Positions 26,591-38,652 of a DNA stretch of 64,000 nt are shown here, one piece after another. Origin of the DNA: Octopus sinensis. Lineage: Eukaryota. The translations under genes and the position numbers were made by a program. The notes below the pieces were generated by a model that made no database searches, was not told the DNA's origin, and saw only the letters and a list, made by a program, of their open reading frames with translations. The stretch's first letter is position 1; every line of letters starts with the position of its first letter. The stretch covers positions 40,610,001 to 40,674,000 of the forward strand of contig NC_043010.1 of the NCBI RefSeq assembly GCF_006345805.1, written 5' to 3'.

Positions 26591-26739
26591 TAAATTGAGG
26601 ATATAATCATTAAAAATGATTATATCAGTGGAAACAGTATCAGAAAGTATCAAAGGAAATTGGAATATAATCATAAAAAATGGCCATACCGTAAAATTAC
26701 CTTTTAAGAATAAAATAATAATAATATAATTATAATTAA

Positions 26740-26979
26740 GGAGGCTGAGATGCCAGCGCCTATACACTAGAAGTAGATGTCAAATGCCGACAATCAACTT
26801 TAAATTAGTTCTCTCTTTACGACACCAGTTCCAATGCGAAAAATTTATCCCCAATTTCGTAGACCCTGTAGCTCATTACCTCGCATTCGACATAGGGTTA
26901 TAAAGAGAGAAAAAATTTCGAGTGAATTGTAGGTAGTTGACATCTACTTCTAGCGTATAGGCTCTGGCATCCCAGCGCC
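26740..26979. mobile_element. MITE with about 100-bp TIRs, TTAA-like flanks (Kolobok-like)
   Basis: TTAA|GGAGGCTGAGATGCCAGCGCCTATACACTAGAAGTAGATGTCAA ... TTGACATCTACTTCTAGCGTATAGGCTCTGGCATCCCAGCGCC|TTTA. Confidence 0.8.
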
Positions 26980-26984
26980 TTTAC

Positions 26985-27500
26985 CCTAGTGCGTAACTCG
27001 TACTTATTTAATCGAGCCCGAAAGGATGAAAGGCAAAGGCGACCTCGGCGGAATTTGAACTCAGAACGTAACGGCTGACGAAATACCTATTTCTTTACTA
27101 CCCACAAGGGGCTAAACACAGAGAGGACAAACAAGGACAGGCAAACGGATTAAGTCGATTATATCGACCCCAATGCGTAACTGGTACTTATTTAATCGAG
27201 CCCGAAAGGATGAAAGGCAAAGTCAACCTCGGCGGAATTTGAACTCAGAACGTAACGGCTGGCGAAATACCTATTTCTTTACTACCCACAAGGGGCTAAA
27301 CACAGAGAGGACAAACAAGGACAGGCAAACGGACTAAGTCGATTATATCGACCCCAATGCGTAACTGGTACTTATTCAATCGACCCCGAAAGGATGAAAG
27401 GCAAAGTCGATCTCGGTGAAATTTGAACTCAGAACGTATCGGCAGACGAAATACTGCTAACCATTTCGACCGGCGTGCTAACGTTTCTGCCAGCTCACCG
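26985..27500 (-). mobile_element. SINE family A array: one head, three bodies
   Basis: On the minus strand each tail ..GTAAAGAAATA is followed directly by GGTATTTCG (junctions near 27088 and 27272). Confidence 0.92.
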
Positions 27501-27699
27501 TCTTATATCTAACTATCTTTCTATCCATCTGTCTACCTACCTACCTATCCATTTATCTAAATTCTTTCCATTGCAGCTTATTCTCATCAGTTTTCATGAA
27601 CTTTTCATTGGTAACTTTCAACCGTTCATTGGCCAATATTACATGCCTTACTGTTTGTATTAGTTGTCTTAGCTTTAAACAGTTACTGTTACTTATGCC

Positions 27700-29240
27700 A
27701 TTGCTGTTGGTGGTGGTTGTCATGGAGATGCTGGTGGCGGTAATATTTCTTGTGGTGGCGATAGTGGTTGTAGTGGAGATATCTGTAGTCGAGATGCTTT
27801 GTTGATGATGTTACTAGTTGGAGAGATGTCTTTCCAGGATCTTTATATTAGTGATGTTCTTGTTGCCGTTCATTGTGGGAGTGGTGATGATCGACATGAT
27901 GTTAGTGGTGGTTATGGTGTTGGTCATGATTGTAATGGTTGTGGTGTGGAGGCGCAATGGCCCAGTGGTTAGGGCAGCGGACTCGCGGTCGTAGGATCGC
28001 GGTTTCGATTCCCAGACCGGGCGTTTTGAGTGTTTATTGAGCGAAAGCTCCTAAGAGCTCGATGAGGCTCCGGCAGGGGGTGGTGGTGAACTCTGCTGTA
28101 CTTTTTCACCACGACTTTCTCTCACTCTTTCTTCCTGTTTCTGTTGTACCAGTATTTCAAAGGGGTCAGCCTTGTCACACTCAATATCACGCTGAATCTC
28201 CCCGAGAACTACGTGAAGGGTACACGTGTCTGTGGAGTGCTCAGCCACTTGCTCAGTAATTTCGCGAGCAGGCTGTTCTGTTGATTGGATCAACTGAAAT
28301 CCTCGTCGTTGTAACCGACGGAGTGCCAAGAATGGTTGTGGTGATGAGAATGGTAGTGGTGTTAGCATTCAAGTTGGTGTTGATTGTACAAGTTGTACGA
28401 GTATACCGTTCTTGTAGAGTTGGCTGCACTGATGATGATAGTTCAGATGTCAGAGGGGGTAGAGGTGAGGATAGCGGGTGCTAGTTGCGTAGAGGTAGTA
28501 ACGGTACTTGTGGTTGCTGAGGTGGTCGTATGGTGAAGATGGTGTTAGGTGTTTCAGAAGGAATTGTAATTGCTATGACAAGTTGCAGAAAAGGTGATGG
28601 TGTTTATGGGTTTGCTAGTTATATAAAAATGGGTGGTGGTATGCTGGGTGACGTGGGCAGTGTTACGGTGTAAGCTTGGGGTGATATCTTGGTGCCAGTG
28701 GTACCGAAGTTGGTGGTCACCTGGCAGCGGTAGAGACGGCAGTAGTTTGGAAAACACTGTAAAGATGGTGGCAGTAGTGGTGGTGGTTGTGGTGGTGGTC
28801 GTCGTCGTTATCATCGTGGTTGTGGTGGTGTCGATGGTGGGGGGTGTTTTGTTGTCAATGGTGATGCCAATTCTTGCGCTGGTACTGGTACGGTTTTTGC
28901 GGCGGTAGTCTGGGAATGGTAGTAGTGGTGGTGGCCGTGCTTTGGTGCCAGTAATGCTGATGATGCTGGTAGCGTTTATGAGGTAGTAGTGATTGCGGTC
29001 TTTTGGTAAAAGATGAGAAAGATGGTGTTAGTGATGGTGGTGGTGATGGTGGTGGTGGTGGTTGTGCTGATGGTGGTGATGGTGGTGTTGGAGGTGATGG
29101 TGGTGGTGGTGGTGGTAGTAGTGGTATTGATGGTGATGGCGGTGGTGGTGGTAGTGGTGGTTCTGGCAGTGTGGTGGTTGTGGAGTTGGCGGGGGATTGT
29201 ACTGGTGGTGTTTTGGTGGTAGCGATAGTAGTGATTGCGG
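27700..29240. repeat. Degenerate (GGT/GTT/GAT)n low-complexity tract
   Basis: Direct inspection. Interrupted by a family B SINE. Confidence 0.85.
27948..28328 (+). mobile_element. tRNA-derived SINE family B, full length
   Basis: GGAGGCGCAATGGCCCAGTGGTTAGGGCAGCGG..GGTTTCGATTCCC head and CGTCGTTGTAACCGACGGAGTGCCA tail. Confidence 0.9.
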
Positions 29241-29612
29241 TGTCTAGATGGTAGCAACTATGTTGCTTGTAGTCGAGGTACTTGACGTTTAGTAGAAGTC
29301 ATTAAAAAAAAAAACTCTTTATTAAATGATCAAAAATAATGACTTCAGATCTTCAGTTCCTCAGTTCTTTAACATAGGCATTTCAGAAACGGGTTAATAT
29401 TGTTTCTATGTCCAATAAAGACTTAGTTATCACTTCCTTAATGCTAATCTCGAGTCAAACAATCCATTTTTCGCTATTATCTCCACCCCACAATCGTCTC
29501 TCTTGATCTACTCTTCTCTACTTCTCTTCCCTCCCGCAGCCCTTGCTCTGCCTCCTCTCTATTTCATTTTAGTCTCTGTCCAGTAGATTTCTTCGTTTAT
29601 ACATGTGTGTGC

Positions 29613-29669
<57 letters not shown>

Positions 29670-29824
29670 AATATATATATATATACATACATATATGTGT
29701 GTGTGAGTGACTGCGTGTTTGTGTTTATATATGTCTATATATGTATGTGTGTGTATATGTACATATATATATGGGTGACGTACGTATATGTATATATGTG
29801 TGTACATATATGTGTGTGTGTGTG

Positions 29825-29875
<51 letters not shown>

Positions 29876-30048
29876 ATATGTATTTATACAAATATATGTA
29901 CCTTTCTATATATAATATTTTATTTATATTTATATCTGTCTCTGTCAGCTTTCACTTTATCTATCAACCTTCATGTGTGTGTGTGTGTGTTTTATTGTGT
30001 TTGTGTATGCATGTATTTATATATATGTATATGTATGTATTAAAACAT

Positions 30049-30098
<50 letters not shown>

Positions 30099-30426
30099 AT
30101 GTGTACACACATATATACACATATAAATACGTACGTATGCACATACATCCATGCATGCACACATATATGCAGAATTCCATATATATTCACAATTTGCAAA
30201 GCAAATGATGACCGGAGCAATAGTCGATTCTCTTGAGTTTATCTCCGTTCATCCTTCAGGCAGAATTCTTTCAGCTAGTAGGCTGCTTAGAAATGGTTGC
30301 AATTACAATGGCGAGATGGTCAATGCTTTAATTTGATTTAACTCTAAGAAATATTTCGTCTTTTGTACTTGAGGTCTTACAGATAACTCGTAAACACACA
30401 CAGAAGCATACATACACATACACACG

Positions 30427-30429
<3 letters not shown>

Positions 30430-30472
<43 letters not shown>

Positions 30473-32015
30473 ACGTACGCATGGAAGCACACGCCGTACA
30501 CAGTCTGCGACTAAGACAGAATCATTCTACAACTTTATTACAACGATTCTTTTGACACCACTTATTGAGCGCCTTATTATATGCTCCGAGTCTATATGGA
30601 CGAAACTAAACGTTGAGAGTTAGAGGCGAGTTAGTTTAATTAAGTTAGAATACATCCTATGTTAGTTATGTGCAGCATGCAGTTTTTCCTTTGTCTTTTT
30701 CTCGCCGGAATTAATCCTATATATAGATTTCCGTGAAATAGATGAAGAATCGTCAATAAGGTTGCGTAACTACAGCCTCTTCTATTAGCTTTTCAAAGCC
30801 TGCCACAGGTTTCGCGCTATCTTTATGAGAATTGGACAGTTAATATCTTTATAGCCCAGACTTCCACCGTTACAGTAAGCTGGAAGATATAGTGAACGTA
30901 AACACTAAAAGTATTATTAAATTTATTAATTACTTAGACACAAATGATCCCGAGAGAACGATGACGTGATCGGTCACTCTGCCAGATATAGCAATTTAGG
31001 TTTTTCATAACTTACGAGCATGTTTTTAAATATCTCTTCCACTTATAAATGGTGATAACATGCTTATAAATGGTAACTACCTTTCACCTTCTATCTTTTA
31101 TTTGTTTTGGCATGCAGGGTTTTAGTCGGACAACTCGACTCCAGGACTTATTTAAAAAAAACAACTACTTATAATATCGGTTTGTTTTGCCGAACTCGGT
31201 TGTCAAACGGTGTTGAGGGACAACACACATACACACACACACACACACCACACACACACACATACAACGTACGCATGGAAGCACACGCCGTACACAGTCT
31301 GCGACTAAGACAGAATCATTCTACAACTTATTACAACGATTCTTTTGACACCACTTATTGAGCGCCTTATTATATGCTCCGAGTCTATATGGACGAAACT
31401 AAACGTTGAGAGTTAGAGGCGAGTTAGTTTAATTAAGTTAGAATACATCCTATGTTAGTTATGTGCAGCATGCAGTTTTTCCTTTGTCTTTTTCTCGCCG
31501 GAATTAATCCTATATATAGATTTCCGTGAAATAGATGAAGAATCGTCAATAAGGTTGCGTAACTACAGCCTCTTCTATAGCTTTTCAAAGCCTGCCACAG
31601 GTTTCGCGCTATCTTTATGAGAATTGGACAGTTAATATCTTTATAGCCCAGACTTCCACCGTTACAGTAAGCTGGAAGATATAGTGAACGTAAACACTAA
31701 AAGTATTATTAAATTTATTAATTACTTAGACACAAATGATCCCGAGAGAACGATGACGTGATCGGTCACTCTGCCAGATATAGCAATTTAGGTTTTTCAT
31801 AACTTACGAGCATGTTTTTAAATATCTCTTCCACTTATAAATGGTGATAACATGCTTATAAATGGTAACTACCTTTCACCTTCTATCTTTTATTTGTTTT
31901 GGCATGCAGGGTTTTAGTCGGACAACTCGACTCCAGGACTTATTTAAAAAAACAACTACTTATAATATCGGTTTGTTTTGCCGAACTCGGTTGTCAAACG
32001 GTGTTGAGGGACAAA

Positions 32016-32050
<35 letters not shown>
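30430..32050. repeat. Tandem duplication, unit about 794 bp
   Basis: CATACAACGTACGC at 30467 and 31261. Near-identical copies with junctions in (CA)n. Confidence 0.95.
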
Positions 32051-32058
<8 letters not shown>

Positions 32059-32399
32059 ACATATATATATATGTGTGTGTGTGTGTGTATGTATTGATAT
32101 ATATATGTATATATATATATATATATATACATTTATATTATATAGAGGGCACTATTACACATAGATGCCTCACACTAGGAGGGACTTTTAAAATCAAAAC
32201 TACTAAAATGAATAAACACAAATCGTACCGCAATCAATTCTCGAGGCTGGTCATTTAAAAACAGAATTTAGCCGCTTATCACACTGTGATTTCGTAATCG
32301 GTGCAGTTTTATGCACTTTTTACTCTTCAGTACAAGCATAATTCAAGATATATAATGAATAAGCAAAAACAACATACCATGCGAACAGCTTCATGAGAC

Positions 32400-32925
32400 A
32401 CCTAACCTAAATTAAGGAAACCTTACTAGTGACAGGTAGGAACGAAGGAGTATTGAGAGCAGAAAAAAGGAAGTACAAAAAGGGCATGAAGAAGAATTAT
32501 GCAAGAAGAGGCTACACAATCAATTTCATGTAACCACAACAGAAGTTTCTAGAAAAAATAGGTGGGAGTGACTGAGGAAAGGAATACTATAAAAAGAGAC
32601 CAAAAGCACTATACTGACAGCACAAGACCAAGCTTTGGCCACGAACCGAAGGGTCAACCTTTGAAATGAGCAAGTGTCTCCACTGAGGAAGATGGTGTCA
32701 ATTTTTGTTGGGTGCTTGGAAACAGTATCAGAAAGTATCAAAGGAAATTGGAATATAGTGCCCAGTAGAACTGTTACAAAATATTTGCCTCCTTGGCATG
32801 GCCAGCATAATCAGGAACCTATTAGATAGCTGAAAAGAACGAATGGCATAGTACCGTTGGCTTCCGGTAAGCCTGCTACGCATGCAAGACTCCAGGAGCT
32901 CCAACAAAACCTGTGATAAAGGGAT
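32400..32925 (+). mobile_element. Internally deleted R4/Dong-type LINE 3' fragment
   Basis: LRKGIL.KETKSTILTAQDQALATN ... CPVELLQNICLLGMASIIRNLLDS*, then a 3' UTR and (TAA)n at 32926-33062. Confidence 0.8.
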
Positions 32926-32926
32926 G

Positions 32927-32960
<34 letters not shown>

Positions 32961-33069
32961 TAATAATGATAATAATAATAATAATAATAATAATAATGGT
33001 AATAATAATAATAATAATAATATTTATAATAATAACAACAACAATAATAATAATAGTAATAGTAAAGAA

Positions 33070-33957
33070 AGTTTATTAAAAGCTGCTAGACACACCGAAA
33101 ATACCAAACAAACTTAAAAATCACAAAAAAAACACAGAAAACATTTGGCTGGCAGGAGAAGGCGTTGCATGGTAGATTTCCAAATATACTTTCAACAAAT
33201 AGCAGTAATGAGACATAGTTATGTTTGAAGAAAGGAACACTGAAGAGGGAGACAGAAAGTTTGTTGGTAGCTATACAAGATCAAGCATTAAGGACTAATT
33301 GGATAAAAGCCAAGATACACAAAACCAAGTAGATTCTCAATGTAGTCAAAAGTGAAAAGCTTTAGTCATATAGTAAGTGAATGCTGCATGCTGGCACAGA
33401 AAGAATACAAGAAAAGACATGACAATCGAGGGAGAGCAATCGACTGGGAGTTTTGTAGAAAGCTAGGATTTGAAAATACTGATAAATGGTATGAACATAA
33501 ACCTAGTAAATTATTGAAAAGTAAGAAATATAAGATGATGTGGGACTTTAACATTCAGACTGACAGAGTGATAGAAGCTAGAAGGCCTGATTTCGTAGTG
33601 GTAGATAAAGAGAATAGAAAGTGCCAGATAACTGACTTTACAGTGCCAAATGATGAAAAAAATTGACATGACAAGTATAGAAAAAATAGCCATTGAATTA
33701 CAGAGAGTATGGAAAGTGGCAGGTAAAATGTAACGCAGTAGTTGTAGGTGTATTTGGAATTATCCCAAAAGATATGAACAGTTGGATAAAGGAAATAGGC
33801 ATAAAACCCAGTTTAGTACAGCTGCAGAAAACAGTGTTATTAGGGACAGCTAAGATACTAAGATACTAAGGAGGGTTCTTGGCATTTAAGGTAACTTGTT
33901 GTCGCCCGATGTTAGGATTCTTTTCTTTTCCAACTGTCTAAACTGTTGAGTGTATAT
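33070..33957 (+). mobile_element. R4/Dong-type LINE 3' fragment with restriction-like endonuclease domain
   Basis: WQEKALHG, KRETESLLVAIQDQALRTN, HIVSEC..LAQKEYKKRHDN, WDFNIQTDRVIEARRPDFVVVDK, LQKTVLLGTAKILR. (TAA)n on both sides. Confidence 0.9.
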
Positions 33958-33985
33958 GAATAATAATAATAATAATAATAATAAC

Positions 33986-34071
<86 letters not shown>

Positions 34072-34073
<2 letters not shown>

Positions 34074-34280
34074 GATTCAAATTTTGTTACAAGGGCTGCA
34101 GTTTTGGGAGAGGGGATAGGTCGATAAAATCAACTCCAATGTTTGACTGGTACTGATATAGACTCTGAAAGAATGATACTCACATTCGATTTCTGTGGAA
34201 TTTGAACTCAGAGCTATCGACGTACGAAATCCCGCTAAGTATTTCGTCCAGCGTGCTAAAAATTCCGCCAGCTCACCGCC

Positions 34281-34282
<2 letters not shown>
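34072..34282 (-). mobile_element. Decayed SINE family A (tail B) within (TAA)n
   Basis: GGCGGTGAGCTGGCGGAA head and GAGTTCAAATTCC B box on the minus strand. Confidence 0.75.
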
Positions 34283-34325
<43 letters not shown>

Positions 34326-34368
34326 TTAACAATAATATATGCAGATACCCTCAGACAGACAGACAGAC

Positions 34369-34428
<60 letters not shown>

Positions 34429-35107
34429 GTGTCCCTAACATCGTTTGAAAACCGATGCTGGTGTGTTTACGTCCTAGTAAGTTAACGATTCGGCAAAAGA
34501 GACCGAGATAACAAGTACTAGGCTTACAAAGAATATGTTTTGAGGTGGTGCTCCAGCATGGCAGCAGTGAAATAATTGATACAAGTAAAAGAGAGAAAAG
34601 AGAGTATATGTATATATACATATATACACATACATACATATATGTATATATGTGTGTGTGTGTGAGTGTGTGTGTGTATGCATGTGTATGTATATATATG
34701 GATGTACATATACATATATGTGTGTGTTTGTGTGTGTGTATGATGTACTCTTTTTTTATGTATTCTTTCTTCGCACTGAGGAGAACAGTAATATGTTTTT
34801 TTATTATATTATAATTAAATTAATTTTTTACCTTGTTGTTTACACGTTAACATTACCGTTCCAAACGATGGTATGCATTGATTTTTTTAAAACTTATAAC
34901 ACCTCCTCTCCATCTTTAATTGTTTGTTTTCAATAGGATACGTGTTCTATAAATGATCTGAATACACTATATACTTGTAACATTTTCATATTCGAAAAAT
35001 ATTTACTACAGTAAGCTACTAAATCTATATGAAAAATCTTTGTAAGAAATCAAACTTTGCTCCCCCCCCCCAAAAAAAATTAAAGGATTACATAAAACTC
35101 AACCTTT

Positions 35108-35159
<52 letters not shown>

Positions 35160-35297
35160 TATACATACATATATATATACTAGCCTGCTCGCTTAGCCAG
35201 CGGGGTGGCGTCATTCGAAGGCTAAAACAATGCGAACGCATTGTGACCACCGATGTGTAGCAACATCTGATAGCCTGGTCAGTCACGTGATCACGTG

Positions 35298-35331
<34 letters not shown>

Positions 35332-35340
35332 GTATATATA

Positions 35341-35378
<38 letters not shown>

Positions 35379-35406
35379 CACATATATATATATACATATA
35401 TATACA

Positions 35407-35480
<74 letters not shown>

Positions 35481-35485
<5 letters not shown>

Positions 35486-38400
35486 TTAGATAAAAACTTA
35501 GTTGATTGGTCCAGGCCATGTCTAACTTAATAGCACCAGCTGATAGGATTATTTGAATCCTGTTTAATTCAAGTTTTATTTATGGTCCATTCAAATAGTG
35601 AGTTTTTGGTGGGTGAGTTGTATCCAATTATGGGTGGCTTGTCTGGTATAACTTGAAGGAATCTATCCAGACTCCGTTTAAAGTTGATGGGATCCGGTTC
35701 CTCTTTGATCTCTTTCGGGACAATGTTAAATAGGGCAGAGCCTGTTGAGAAAAAGAAATTATGTTGTAGTGTACATGTATGCTATGATCTTGAATTGGGC
35801 AGGGGACGTATGACCCGTGGTCCCAGTCTTGGATGAATCTTGAAGCTAATGTTCAAGTCGTTTGGGCAAAGTTGGCGGTATATTCTCCACATCGTACAAA
35901 TGACGTACCACTCACAGCGACGCTGGAGAGAGTAGAGTTTCAAGGCTTTAAGGCGAACCCAATAATCGAAAGCAGCCATGCCTTCAATTCGTTTAGTGAG
36001 TGCTCTCTGGGGTGATTCAATCCTCGAGATGTTTTGTCTTGTATGGGGAGACCACAGTGGGCAGCAATATTCAAGGTGTGGCCGTACAAAGGAGGAGAAA
36101 AGTGGTATGATGACACCTTGTTCTCTGGACCGGAAATTTCTTAAGATCCAGGAACTCATCCTACGAGCCATATCGACCTTCTTGTTGATGTGTGCACTCC
36201 AACTGAGATCGTCATCAACAATTACACCCAGGTCTCTGATATTGTTAGAGGCTGTGAGCGGTTCCCCCGAAGGAAGAGAGTATGGTTGTTTTAGTGAGGA
36301 ATTTCTTCCAAAATGCATCAGCTCAAATTTTCCCTCGTTCAGTTGCATTTTATTTCTGTCTGCCCATTGACTCACAGCATATAGATCAGACTGGAGTTGA
36401 GTTCGGTCTGCTTCTTCATTGACGATTTGCTGGAGCTTAGTGTCATCAGCAAATATGTTCACTTTGCAGTAATGTACGACACTGGAAAGGTCGTTTATGT
36501 AGATTATGAAGAGTAGCGGACCCAAGGCAGTCCCCGAGGGACACCGCTGGTGACTTTTGCTGGGCTTGAGTGGACTCCATCCACTACAACATGTTGTGTT
36601 CTATTCGCCAGGAAATACTTGATCCAGTGTAGAACTTTTCCGCGGATTCCAACATTTGCCAATTTTGAGAGTAGGATATTATGGTCTACCCTGTCGAACG
36701 CTTTACTGAAGTCAAGATATATGACATCAGAGTTCGAACCTGTTCCCAAGGCTTTGAGTACATCTTCAATGTGGTGTAAGAGCTGTGTTAGACAGTCCCT
36801 GCCACAGCGAAAGCCATGCAGATTTGCATTTAGGAGTTTGTGGGTCTCCAGGAAGTCAGCTATCCTTGATCTTAACACTCTTTCAAACACTTTGATGAAG
36901 TGGGAGGTGAGTGAGATTGGGCGATAGTTGAGTGCGAGGGATCTGTTTCCCTGTTTGAAAACCGGGATGACTGACTGGGATAGAAACTGTTTTGGTATAT
37001 AACCTGCATCTAACGAATTTCTCCAGAGGTTGGTCAGAGGGACTGCAAGTTGGTGTCTACATTCCTTCAGGAGACTAGCCGGGAATCTATCAGGACCTAC
37101 AGCAGAGTAGTATTTGACCTCATTTATTGCTGCTGTGATGTCAGTGGCAGTGAAGGTTATGTCTGAAATTTTATGTTGGGAGTCAACTTCGTTCGCTTCT
37201 CTTGCGTCAATATCAGTGGGAACACTAAAGACAGAGCAGTATTGTTTCTGCAGTATTTCTGCCATTTCTTTAGCATCGTGTTGGGGAATGCCGTTATCAT
37301 CAATCAATGGCCCAATGGGTGAGACAGTGGTTCTATGCTTATTTGCATAAGAATAGAACACTTTTGGGTTCTGTTTGATGTTTTTGATTACCCACTGTTC
37401 CTCCACAGCTCTTTGATTTTCAATGGAGGTTTTCATGTCGTTCTGTAGATGAAGTTTTTCCAGCTCTAGCATTTTCATTGTTGTTGAATTTGGATGTTGT
37501 ATGTGGGAATATTTTAATTGGTTGATTTTTTGTTGAGTCTTTTGATGCGCCTGATGAGTGTTTTTTTTTTCTTTTAAGAGAGCCGGTTTCTGTTTGTGTT
37601 AGTAGATTTCGTGGGAGCGTGTTTAGAGCATGTTTTCAAAGTGCTGCCATGCGGTCTCAGTATGGGTGGAATTGAGAGTAAAAGACTAGTCCATGCAAGA
37701 CAGATCCTTTCTGATTGCTCCCCAGTCCGCTTTGTGGAAGTTTATGTTGTCAAATGAGTGCCATGGAGTGGGATTGGCTGGTTTGGTTTTTATATGTCGG
37801 GAATTGAAATTGCAGAGTATCATGTCGTGGTCTGAGAGGAGAGTTTTTTCAACTGAAATACTGTGAACGAAGCTAGAGTGATTGGTCAATACCAGATCCA
37901 AGATCGTTTTATTCTGTCTCGTTGATTCGAGCACTAGCTGAGTCAGGAAGTATTCATCCATTAGATTAAAGAGCAGTTCTGCTGCTGCTCTATCTGACGT
38001 AGAGCATTTGCCTAACTTCAGAGATTTTGTGGGCCAGTTCACCAGAGGGCGGTTAAAATCACCCATCACTAGTATGTTTCCGGAGTGGTACTTCCGAAGG
38101 AAGGACTTGACTTTACTAAGGCACTCTTCAAAGCACTTTAGAGGTGCTTGGGGAGGCCTGTAAAGACCAACAATGATTATGTCCTTGGCCTTGCTGAATA
38201 GTGATACAGATTCACAATAGCCATTGGAAAATATGTCCTTGGCATCAAGTGAAAAGGAGTCATGGATAAAGATGACTGTCCCTCCCTTATTTCGGTCTGT
38301 GCGATCCGCACGAACAATAGTGAAATCTTTTATTTTCACCTCGTCGTCCATATGGCTGTTGTTCAGGTGAGTCTCGGTAAGGATCTCGGTAAGGATAAAG

Positions 38401-38505
38401 AAAGGGAAGCAATGTGCCGTTTCGGTAAGCCAACTCTCTATATATGGGATCTTCCATTTTTGGGCAATAATTGATGGGTTGATGCCACGTACATTTAACA
38501 GGAAG

Positions 38506-38508
<3 letters not shown>
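35481..38508 (-). mobile_element. 5'-truncated CR1-group LINE (APE + RT), frameshifted
   Basis: LLNVRGI, GLYRPP, MGDFN, LDLVLTN, LSDH, NYRPISLTS, VIYLDFSKAFDRVDH, LFIIYINDL, IFADDTKL, RPHLEYC..WSP. 3' end (CTAAGTTTT)2. (TA)n on both sides. Confidence 0.93.
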
Positions 38509-38553
<45 letters not shown>

Positions 38554-38570
38554 TATATATATATAATATA

Positions 38571-38652
38571 TACGCTCTTCCACAGAAAGGAACACAGAAA
38601 GAACCAAGGAGAGAAAATAAAGAATGTGTAGTGGCTAGCAATCTATCATGGC
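38571..38652 (-). mobile_element. Truncated copy of the GAGC-gtag-GCTC hammerhead repeat family
   Basis: Minus strand GCCATGATAGATTGCTAGCCACTAC..CCTTTCTGTGGAAGAGCGTA matches 63800-63880 and breaks in loop II. Confidence 0.75.

Noticed and set aside
26985-27500. CRISPR-like periodicity
   Set aside because: Whole units repeat without unique spacers, no cas genes are present, and the context is eukaryotic.
27948-28020. tRNA-like sequences (also 6777, 16283, 43321, 56050, 60830)
   Set aside because: SINE heads: they continue into shared repeat bodies and lack a proper acceptor stem.
28554-29257. Poly-Val/Gly/Thr ORFs
   Set aside because: Degenerate (GGT)n tract with no domain or splice evidence.
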